Part shown: positions 7,646 through 14,480 of the stretch, piece by piece
Numbering within the stretch: position 1 is the first letter of the stretch
How the letters are laid out: the number at the start of each line of letters is the position of its first letter
IMG/VR virus record: IMGVR_UViG_2579778968_000005
Direction: 5' to 3' (one strand)
Source: a virus
Taxonomy: Duplodnaviria; Heunggongvirae; Uroviricota; Caudoviricetes
Length of the DNA stretch: 14,480 nucleotides
The notes under the pieces: generated by a model
Databases searched by the model: none
What the model saw: the letters and a program-made list of their open reading frames with translations, nothing else
What the model was told of the DNA's origin: nothing
Translations under genes and position numbers: made by a program

Positions 7646-8741
7646 ACGGCTGCGTGATGAATCAATTGCTCATGCAGTCTGGATATCCCGCTATAGCACT
7701 GGCGTGGCTGCCAGAATGGTGAAAATACTGAATGACAGCGATGCGGAACTTACTGCTCGCCTGCTGATAGCACTGGACAGCCTCGATCCAGGTAGTTTTA
7801 CCGTTAAGCGCCTGGAGTCACTTCTGGCGAGCGTCAGAGAGGTTAACCGCACTGCTATTAACAGCATGTTTACCAGTCTCTCCGGAGAGCTGAACGAGCT
7901 GGCAATTTATGAGGCTGGTTATCAGTTAAGTCTGTTTGATTCTATGCTACCTGATTTTGTTGCTGATGTTCACCCTCTGGTTGGTATCTCTCCTGATGCA
8001 CTTTATGCCGCTGCAATGGCGCGACCATTCCAGGGACGACTGCTCAGTGAGTGGGCCTCAGATCTTGAGGCGGATCGGCTCAGACGCATAACAAATACAG
8101 TGCGTCAGGGTTTTTTGCTGGGGGATACCAATGAGCAGATCGCAAGAAAAATTCGGGGACATGTCAGTAAGGGATTTCAGGATGGTGCATTGCAGATGAG
8201 CCGGGCTAATGCGGCCAGCATTGCAAAAACAGCGGTTGGACATCTTGCTGCTACTGCCCGTGAGAGTTTTGCCAGCGCGAATAATGATTTGATTAAGGGT
8301 AAGCAATGGTTATCAACGCTTGATAATCGTACTACGCCACAATGTCGAATCAGGGATCGCCTCAAATATACGCTGAATAATAAACCTGTAGGTCACAGCG
8401 TGCCTTATTTGCAGGGGCCGGGAAAAATTCATTTCTGCTGCCGCTCAACGGAAACGTTCATTCTGAAATCAGCGAAGGAACTGGGTATTGATGTTCGCGA
8501 TATTTCCCCGGCTGAGCGGGCCAGCATGGATGGCGTGGTGGCCGGAGATACAACCTACAGGGAATGGTTTTTGCGTCAGCCTTACACCAGACAAAAACAG
8601 ATTGTGGGGGAAAGCCGAGCAAAGCTGATTCGGGATGGTGGTATGTCGCCAGATGAATTTTACACCGATAAAGGCGAATGGCTGACGCTGAAGCAGCTCC
8701 GTGAGCGTGATGCACAGGTATTCAGAAAAGCAGGGATTTAA
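7626..8741 (+). CDS. Phage Mu F-like / SPP1 gp7-like minor head (head morphogenesis) protein
   Basis: C-terminal signature WLSTLDNRTTPQCRIRDRL...GHSVPYLQGPGKIHFCCRST is typical of the Mu F family. It overlaps the portal 3' end by 20 nt, consistent with coupling. Confidence 0.85.
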   Translation: MMQTVNERLRDESIAHAVWISRYSTGVAARMVKILNDSDAELTARLLIALDSLDPGSFTVKRLESLLASVREVNRTAINSMFTSLSGELNELAIYEAGYQLSLFDSMLPDFVADVHPLVGISPDALYAAAMARPFQGRLLSEWASDLEADRLRRITNTVRQGFLLGDTNEQIARKIRGHVSKGFQDGALQMSRANAASIAKTAVGHLAATARESFASANNDLIKGKQWLSTLDNRTTPQCRIRDRLKYTLNNKPVGHSVPYLQGPGKIHFCCRSTETFILKSAKELGIDVRDISPAERASMDGVVAGDTTYREWFLRQPYTRQKQIVGESRAKLIRDGGMSPDEFYTDKGEWLTLKQLRERDAQVFRKAGI

Positions 8742-8760
8742 ATAAATCATTTATTACAAC

Positions 8761-8788
8761 AGGCTACCTTCGGGTGGCCTTTTTTATT
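8761..8788 (+). terminator. Rho-independent terminator-like hairpin (8-bp stem, UUCG tetraloop, T-run)
   Basis: AGGCTACC-TTCG-GGTGGCCT, with one G-U pair in the stem, followed by TTTTTTATT. It lies just downstream of the Mu F-like stop. Confidence 0.6.
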
Positions 8789-8845
8789 GCTGCGATCCGG
8801 ATGGTGAGCAGCGTAACTGTCGGAAGACTTAAACCAGGTACTAAT

Positions 8846-9610
8846 ATGAAACTGAAAACGGTCGAGATTAACGGAAAACAATACGCAGAAATTGATACTG
8901 CTGGCCTGCCAGTTTATGTGCACGACGATGGTAAAGAAATTGGCTTCGATGCACCGCTGGCGACAAAAAAAATTACAGAGCTTAATGGCGAGGCAAAAAA
9001 TCATCGCCTGGCTAAAGAAGCTGCAGAGGAAAAACTGGCTAAGTTTGCCGCTATCGAAGACCCGAAGAAGGCGATCGAGGCACTGGAAATGCTGTCAAAA
9101 ATCGACCAGAAAAAGCTGCTCGATGCGGGACAGGTTGACCAGGTTAAGGCAGAAATTACGAAAAATTTTCAGCAGCAATTAGATGAAGAAAAGCAACGCT
9201 CTCAGATGCTGGAGAAGCAGCTTTACGATTCTATGATTGGCGGTAGTTTTGCGGGTTCAAAATATATTGCCGATAAAATTGCGATCCCGGCAGATTTATT
9301 ACAAGCCCGCTTCGGGCAGGCATTCAAAGTGGAAGAAGGGAGGATCGTTGCTTATGACGCTTCCGGCAACAAAATTTATTCCCGCGCGAAGCCTGGCGAA
9401 CTGGCGCAGTTTGATGAGGCGCTGGAGTTCCTTGTCGAAAATTACCCTCAGAAAGACTACATCCTGAAAGCCAGTGGCAACAATGGCGGCGGCTCCCGTC
9501 CGACACAGCATGATATTGGTCAGAAAACGATGAAACGCTCTGCTTTTGATGCACTGGATGTTGCAGGTAAGCAAAACGCATTGAAAGACGGTATCACAAT
9601 CGTTGATTAA
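8846..9610 (+). CDS. Scaffolding-like head protein (putative)
   Basis: K/E/A-rich, apparently coiled-coil protein placed between the Mu F-like gene and the capsid gene. ATG 8846 is preferred because the longer ORF starts (8774, 8801) overlap or abut the terminator hairpin; the Shine-Dalgarno is weak. Confidence 0.5.
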   Translation: MKLKTVEINGKQYAEIDTAGLPVYVHDDGKEIGFDAPLATKKITELNGEAKNHRLAKEAAEEKLAKFAAIEDPKKAIEALEMLSKIDQKKLLDAGQVDQVKAEITKNFQQQLDEEKQRSQMLEKQLYDSMIGGSFAGSKYIADKIAIPADLLQARFGQAFKVEEGRIVAYDASGNKIYSRAKPGELAQFDEALEFLVENYPQKDYILKASGNNGGGSRPTQHDIGQKTMKRSAFDALDVAGKQNALKDGITIVD

Positions 9611-9708
9611 CACATTTGTCAGCTTCCGGATGGGAGCTGGTGTCAGGGCTGGATAGCTCATTACTCCATCTATTCACAATTACGCAAATTTTTAAGGAAT
9701 ATTTAATT

Positions 9709-10848
9709 ATGGCTGGAAATACCCTGACCGGGTTGATCCCGACTATTTATACCGCCCTGGATGTTGTATCCCGTGAGCAGGTAGGTTTTATCCCTGCGGT
9801 AGCAAAAAACGCAAAAGCTGACGCCGCAGCAAAAGATCAGACGGTAACCGCGCCAGTTGCGCCTGAGGCGAAAACCGAAGATATCGTACCGGGGCCGTCA
9901 GCTCCGAATACCGGTGATCAAAATATTGGCACTGTTGATGTAAAAATTACTAAATCCAAAATGGCACCGGTTAAATGGAATGGTGAAGAACAACTGGCTC
10001 TTGGCCCTTCAGGGACTTACAACACCATTCTGGCTGATCAGTTCAAGCAGGCTTTTCGCGCCCTTGCAAACGAGGTTGAGGCTGATCTTGGTGCGTTGTA
10101 TTTCGGTGCTTCCCGCGCCGTGGGAACCGCAGGGACAACGCCGTTTGGTGTTAAAGATGATCTTTCTGATGCTGCTCTGGCTCGTCAGGTTCTGGAGGAT
10201 AACGGCGCACCGACAACCGATCTGCAGATGGTGCTTGGCTCCACTGCCATTGCTAATTTGCGCGGAAAACAGTCTGTATTGTTTAAAGTGAATGAATCCG
10301 GCACTGAACAGCTACTGCGTGAGGGCGTGTTGGGGCGTCTGGAGGGATTCAATATTCACAGTTCGGCAGGTGTGAAACGAGCGCCAAAGGTTGCTGCAAC
10401 TGGTTATCTCGTGAATGGAGAGAAAAAAGAAGGCGATGTTCTTATTTCCATTGATACTGGTTCGGGGAGTATTTCTGCAGGTCAGATTGTTACGTTCGCT
10501 GGTGATCCGAATCAGTATGTTGTGGCAGCAGCGACCAGCAATCTGATTACTCTTGCAGCGCCCGGACTGCGTCAGGATCTGGCCGATGATACTGCCATCA
10601 CAGTTGTTGGGGCCTTTACTGCAAATATGGCGTTTGATCGCAACGCGTTTCTGCTGGCATCCCGTACTCCGGCAATGCCGGAAGGTGGCGATAATGCTGA
10701 TGATGTAATGAATGTTACGGACCCGATTTCAGGGATTACGTTCCAGATTGCACTGTATCGTCAGTATCGCCAGGTGCGCTATGAAGTTGGACTGGCATGG
10801 GGTGTTTCATCAGTGAAGCCGGCACATGGTTGTCTGATTCTTGGTTAA
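9709..10848 (+). CDS. Major capsid (coat) protein (putative)
   Basis: 379-aa ORF with AAGGA at 9694-9698 about 10 nt before ATG 9709. It follows the scaffold-like gene and is followed by a terminator-like hairpin, as expected for a highly expressed coat gene. Assignment is by synteny and size. Confidence 0.6.
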   Translation: MAGNTLTGLIPTIYTALDVVSREQVGFIPAVAKNAKADAAAKDQTVTAPVAPEAKTEDIVPGPSAPNTGDQNIGTVDVKITKSKMAPVKWNGEEQLALGPSGTYNTILADQFKQAFRALANEVEADLGALYFGASRAVGTAGTTPFGVKDDLSDAALARQVLEDNGAPTTDLQMVLGSTAIANLRGKQSVLFKVNESGTEQLLREGVLGRLEGFNIHSSAGVKRAPKVAATGYLVNGEKKEGDVLISIDTGSGSISAGQIVTFAGDPNQYVVAAATSNLITLAAPGLRQDLADDTAITVVGAFTANMAFDRNAFLLASRTPAMPEGGDNADDVMNVTDPISGITFQIALYRQYRQVRYEVGLAWGVSSVKPAHGCLILG

Positions 10849-10858
10849 ACATTCAAAC

Positions 10859-10879
10859 GGGGCTTCGGCCCCATTTTTA
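10859..10879 (+). terminator. Terminator-like GC hairpin with UUCG loop and T-run downstream of the capsid gene
   Basis: GGGGC-TTCG-GCCCC followed by ATTTTTA. The stem is only 5 bp, so it may act as a partial terminator or a transcript-stabilising hairpin. Confidence 0.4.
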
Positions 10880-10890
10880 ATGGGGGGCAT

Positions 10891-11067
10891 ATGGCCGGAT
10901 TAACTAAAGAGCAAAGAGCACAGCGTGAAGCCGCACAAAAAACGCAAATTGAGTTAGTGGTTATGGTGACCGATTATCAGATGTTTCCCGGCGCACCAAC
11001 TATCGCTAATGTTCATCCTGATGAAGTTGACAACTGGAAGGCTATGGGCTGGAAAACTCAGGAGTAA
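10891..11067 (+). CDS. Small hypothetical protein (58 aa), absent from the ORF track (58 aa, under the apparent length cutoff)
   Basis: Hand translation gives MAGLTKEQRAQREAAQKTQIELVVMVTDYQMFPGAPTIANVHPDEVDNWKAMGWKTQE, ending at TAA 11065-11067. A G-run at 10882-10887 precedes the ATG, and the ORF exactly fills the gap between the capsid terminator and the next gene. Confidence 0.35.
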   Translation: MAGLTKEQRAQREAAQKTQIELVVMVTDYQMFPGAPTIANVHPDEVDNWKAMGWKTQE

Positions 11068-11070
11068 CAC

Positions 11071-11466
11071 ATGATCACTTACGTGACCTGTGATGACGTT
11101 GATAATGCGTTTGGGAACGCCTGGACGAGTGAGAACGCTAAAAATAAAGCTGTTTTAATGGCTAATGCCTGGCTTAATGGCTTCAACCTGAAAATTAACC
11201 CATCCCGTATTCCGGAAGAGGTAAAACTTGCGGGAGCATATGCAGCCAGAATTGCCTCATTCGGTAAGTTGTTTCAGCAGAAAAATGATTCTGGCGTTGT
11301 TATCAGTAAAGCCGTGTCGGCTGACGGGGTCAGTGTATCGAAATCATTTTCTGAGTTGCCAGCAAACAGCACTGCATTGCTTGAACCCGATTTACAGCTT
11401 GCGATAGCACTGCTGAAACCGTACGGACTTAGTCGCTCACAAGTCAGGGTTGTGAGGGGGGGATAA
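11071..11466 (+). CDS. Head-tail connector / head completion protein (putative)
   Basis: 131-aa ORF with GGAG 6 nt upstream of ATG 11071. It is the first of four tightly packed small genes between capsid and major tail. Function is from synteny only. Confidence 0.45.
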   Translation: MITYVTCDDVDNAFGNAWTSENAKNKAVLMANAWLNGFNLKINPSRIPEEVKLAGAYAARIASFGKLFQQKNDSGVVISKAVSADGVSVSKSFSELPANSTALLEPDLQLAIALLKPYGLSRSQVRVVRGG

Positions 11467-11849
11467 TGGGGCTTCGTGAAGAGATTCAGTCAGAGGTTGC
11501 CGCTGCTTTTGATGAGGATTTAGCGGACGCCGTGAGTGATTTTTCTGGTTCTTACGTTACGCACCGGCACTGGGATCCTGTGACGGAAACTGGCGGCGAA
11601 TCCACCGCAATCTATACCGGGCGAGGCGTGTTGACACGTTATAAGCTGGGCAGAATTGATGGGATTAATATTTTGCATGGTGACCTTAAATTAACCGCTC
11701 TGGTATGCGAGGTTACGGATAAACCAGCTGTCGACCATATTATTGAGATTTATGATCCTGTATCAAGGCAGTTACAACGATACGAGGTAATTACAGCAAG
11801 TGTAGATCCTTCCGCATCAGTTTACTCTATCCAGTTAAGGAGAGCGTAA
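11466..11849 (+). CDS. Head closure / head-tail joining protein (putative)
   Basis: 127-aa ORF whose ATG overlaps the upstream stop (TAATG) and follows a G-rich Shine-Dalgarno. Function is from synteny only. Confidence 0.4.
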   Translation: MGLREEIQSEVAAAFDEDLADAVSDFSGSYVTHRHWDPVTETGGESTAIYTGRGVLTRYKLGRIDGINILHGDLKLTALVCEVTDKPAVDHIIEIYDPVSRQLQRYEVITASVDPSASVYSIQLRRA

Positions 11850-12230
11850 ATGGCAAAGGCATGGGATATAGAACCGTCAATATTTGCCGGGATGATTGAG
11901 GAAGATGTAGGACTGAAGATTCGCTACATCGCTATTCAGATTCTTACTGCTATTGATATTGCTGCTCCGGTTGATACCGGACGTTTCAGAAATAACAACC
12001 TGGTGTCGTTACAGCATCCCGATTTTGGTATATCTGATAACGTGGATCCGAACGGTACGATTGCTGTTCAGCGTGGGATCGGGGTTATTTCGAAAGCTGC
12101 AAATTACGGAGTTATTTATATCCAGAATAACCTTCCTTATGCAGAGGCTCTTGAAAACGGTCATTCACAACAAGCGCCAACTGGCGTGTATGCCAACGCT
12201 TTTCATGGTGTTTTACAGGTTTACAAATGA
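11850..12230 (+). CDS. HK97 gp10-like neck / tail-component protein (putative)
   Basis: 126-aa ORF with AAGGAG just upstream and a start abutting the previous stop. The segment PVDTGRFRNN is reminiscent of the HK97 gp10 family. Assignment is tentative. Confidence 0.45.
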   Translation: MAKAWDIEPSIFAGMIEEDVGLKIRYIAIQILTAIDIAAPVDTGRFRNNNLVSLQHPDFGISDNVDPNGTIAVQRGIGVISKAANYGVIYIQNNLPYAEALENGHSQQAPTGVYANAFHGVLQVYK

Positions 12231-12619
12231 CGTTTACTGAAATCAGAAATACGGTTATTTCCAGAATGACGGCACAGACGATTATTGATGGAAAAGACGT
12301 ATTGTATCCGAACGCGCCAACGTTCGATCCTTCCGGTAAGTTAATCTGGGCGCGGTTAAGTAATATTCCCGGGCAGGCTGGAGTTAATGAAATTGGCGCG
12401 GGGCCGATTGTTTATCGCACGGGGATAATCATTATTCAGTTATTTGTCCCCGCAGGTTCTGGTTCAAAACTCATTACTGAGACAGCCGATAAATTGCGGG
12501 AACTGTTTGAGTTTCAGGATGACGATTGTCTCAGTTACCAGGCTGTTTCCTCAATAGCCGTTGGCGAAAAGAATGGCTGGTTCCAGCTTAATCTTCAAAT
12601 TCCATATCGCGCGCTCTAG
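12227..12619 (+). CDS. Tail completion / tail terminator protein (putative)
   Basis: 130-aa ORF overlapping the upstream gene by ATGA and sitting immediately before the major tail gene. Function is from synteny only. Confidence 0.4.
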   Translation: MTFTEIRNTVISRMTAQTIIDGKDVLYPNAPTFDPSGKLIWARLSNIPGQAGVNEIGAGPIVYRTGIIIIQLFVPAGSGSKLITETADKLRELFEFQDDDCLSYQAVSSIAVGEKNGWFQLNLQIPYRAL

Positions 12620-12645
12620 CGCAATTAATGACATAGGAGGCTCCT

Positions 12646-13575
12646 GTGAGTTCAGGTGCAAAGGTTATCTCGGCATTTATCCGGGAGACGGTTGCAGGCA
12701 CTACGCCAGCAAGTGGTGACTGGAGTTTATTAAAACGCACAAGCTGGGGAGTAAAACCCACCCAGAATAAAGGCGAAAATAATGAGATTGGTGGCTCCCG
12801 GATGGCTCAGGGGGCGACGCCTGGCACTGTGGATGTCGGCGGTGATGTTGGTACCAAATTTCGCTGGGGTCAACATGATGATTTTCTTGCATCCTGTTTC
12901 GGCGCGGAATGGTCAGGCGATTCTCTGACAATGGGGAATGAGCGAATAACATTTTCTCTGGCGACCTATGCGTCCGATGTCGGAATTGCCTCTGTCGTCA
13001 GAGGAGCGCAGGTTGGCTCATGGAAAATGCAGATCCCTAACGACGGCGATATTACAGCGACCGTAACCTTTGCCGGACTGGACTGGGAATCAAAGGCCGA
13101 TGATACGAATTTTATCAAAGGCGAACCTGTGGATAGTGCAGGAAAGCTACGTTATTCGTTTAAGGAGGTTTCTGCAGTAAGCCTGAATGGTGTTGCCGGA
13201 GGTAACGGTTTTTGTATCGACAGTTTTGATATTCAGTTCGATAACAAACTCCAGACACAGCGTTGTATCGGGACTGGCTCGCCTTATGCAGGAGCAAATA
13301 TTCCGACTACTTTTACACCGTCCGGTACGGTGACGCTTTCATGGTCTAAAGCCGCGTGGGAAATCTGGAGTAAAACACTGACTGGAGAAACAGTTCCGTT
13401 CAGCTTCACGCTTTCGAATGGAGAGGGGGCATACACTTTCAGTTTCCCGAAGGTTCAGGTGTCAGGTGAATGGCCTGATGGGGGTAATAGCGACATTATC
13501 CAGGTTCAATTGAGCATTACCGCAGCAGATGAAGCACCTACGATAACCAGAAAAAAAATTCCCCGGCTGCCGTGA
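12646..13575 (+). CDS. Major tail (tail tube) protein (putative)
   Basis: 309-aa ORF from GTG 12646 with AGGAGG at 12635-12640. It lies directly upstream of the G/GT chaperone pair. Stop is TGA 13573-13575. Confidence 0.6.
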   Translation: MSSGAKVISAFIRETVAGTTPASGDWSLLKRTSWGVKPTQNKGENNEIGGSRMAQGATPGTVDVGGDVGTKFRWGQHDDFLASCFGAEWSGDSLTMGNERITFSLATYASDVGIASVVRGAQVGSWKMQIPNDGDITATVTFAGLDWESKADDTNFIKGEPVDSAGKLRYSFKEVSAVSLNGVAGGNGFCIDSFDIQFDNKLQTQRCIGTGSPYAGANIPTTFTPSGTVTLSWSKAAWEIWSKTLTGETVPFSFTLSNGEGAYTFSFPKVQVSGEWPDGGNSDIIQVQLSITAADEAPTITRKKIPRLP

Positions 13576-13655
13576 TCGCAAAAGCCAGTGCTGAGGCGAT
13601 TAGTTGATTTTCCGTTATTCCTCCTGTGGTACTGCCCTACAGGGGGACGCATTGA

Positions 13656-14117
13656 ATGAGGTTATGGATGTTTATTCTTAATCAGAAAATTATCATTGGT
13701 GGAGAACGCTGGTTTACGCCAATGAAGGACTTAAAACCTGTAGACGGGTTAAAACTGTTGGTGGCAAGCAGCGATAACGATCAGTATCGCTCCCGTAATG
13801 CATTAATCCGTCGCCACATTGAGAAAATGGATGCCAGTTTGCACGTCGGAACGAAGGAGTTTGATATTTCAAAGGTTTCCGAGGTGGATTCTGTTGATGA
13901 TTTACTCATTGATAATGCCGCTCGTTATCTGCTGAAAGACTGGAAAGGGGTTGGTGAACTGGTTAATGGTGTTGAGGTTGCACTGGAATATACGGCAGAA
14001 CGAGGGATCGCGCTGCTTAAGCAGAATCCAGAGTTGTACTGGCAGATCCTTGCAGAAGCAGCCAGCATCGCCCAGGGTAAAGAGCAGCAGAAGCAGGATA
14101 CGATAAAAAAGCCATAG
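13656..14117 (+). CDS. Tail assembly chaperone (lambda gpG-like), zero-frame product
   Basis: 153-aa ORF with AGGGGGA about 8 nt before ATG 13656. It ends ...ATA AAA AAG CCA TAG, so the slippery heptamer A_AAA_AAG sits right before the stop. Confidence 0.7.
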   Translation: MRLWMFILNQKIIIGGERWFTPMKDLKPVDGLKLLVASSDNDQYRSRNALIRRHIEKMDASLHVGTKEFDISKVSEVDSVDDLLIDNAARYLLKDWKGVGELVNGVEVALEYTAERGIALLKQNPELYWQILAEAASIAQGKEQQKQDTIKKP

Positions 14118-14434
14118 CTGCCCAGCGGTGGTTATCGGAGTTCGGGGGAGAAAGGGGGGAAAAGGCAAGATGGAAGCGAGAAAAACTCAGGTTGCCACCG
14201 ATACCGGAACCAGAAATAGACCCGGTGCTTAAGGAGTTGTTGTACGCCTATTCGGTAATATCCCGTGCCCGACGTTATGCTGGAATGGCTGGGGTGCCTT
14301 TGCCTTTATCTCTGACAGAGATAAATGAATATTTAGCCACTCATCCGGTATTGATTGAGCGCGATGAATTTGAAGCAGTGATCTTTGCACTGGATGACCA
14401 GTATTTTCAGGAGCAGTGTGGCTTTGTTGAATAA
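13656..14434 (+). CDS. Tail assembly chaperone frameshift fusion (lambda gpGT-like), made by -1 frameshifting at A_AAA_AAG (14105-14111)
   Basis: The -1 frame is open from 14111 (GCC ATA GCT...) with no stop through the 14192..14434 ORF, ending at TAA 14432-14434. Slippery site position and geometry match the conserved G/GT arrangement of long-tailed phages. Confidence 0.6.
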
Positions 14435-14480
14435 ATCGAACTTTTGCTGAGTTGAAGGATCAGATCACGTATCTTCCCGA

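Noticed and set aside
8774-8845. Longer start options (8774, 8801) for the scaffold-like gene
   Set aside because: The 8774 start would lie inside the terminator hairpin and 8801 has no Shine-Dalgarno. ATG 8846 chosen, although its own ribosome binding site is weak, so the start remains uncertain.
13551-13558. A8 homopolymer near the 3' end of the major tail gene as a possible frameshift or slippage site
   Set aside because: Shifting frame here gives only short extensions (about 13-18 aa) before a stop, unlike the long Ig-like extensions seen in genuine tail-protein frameshifts; probably just a lysine-rich C-terminus.
1-14480. tRNA genes, CRISPR repeats, IS elements or att sites
   Set aside because: No repeat-spacer arrays, no long terminal inverted repeats, and the non-coding gaps are too short for tRNA genes. 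This was a scan by eye only, so small elements could have been missed.

Overview
This window reads as the late (lysis-to-tail) region of a lambdoid, Rac-like prophage of an enterobacterium, with every gene on the + strand. The order is: 3' ends of the nested spanin pair Rz/Rz1; an AT-rich trkG potassium-transporter moron; a translationally coupled pair encoding a ParB/Srx-like protein and a GT-A-like protein of unknown role; a small HTH protein; small and large terminase subunits; portal; Mu F-like minor head protein; scaffold-like and major capsid proteins; four small head-tail joining genes; major tail protein; and a G/GT tail chaperone pair with an A_AAA_AAG -1 frameshift site. The best candidate for an undescribed system is the ParB-like + GT-A-like pair between lysis and packaging (about 1953-3669). 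A TGCGCA hexamer array inside the small terminase gene is a candidate pac site. All family assignments come from reading motifs and gene order by eye; no database search was possible. No tRNA, CRISPR array or IS element was seen.
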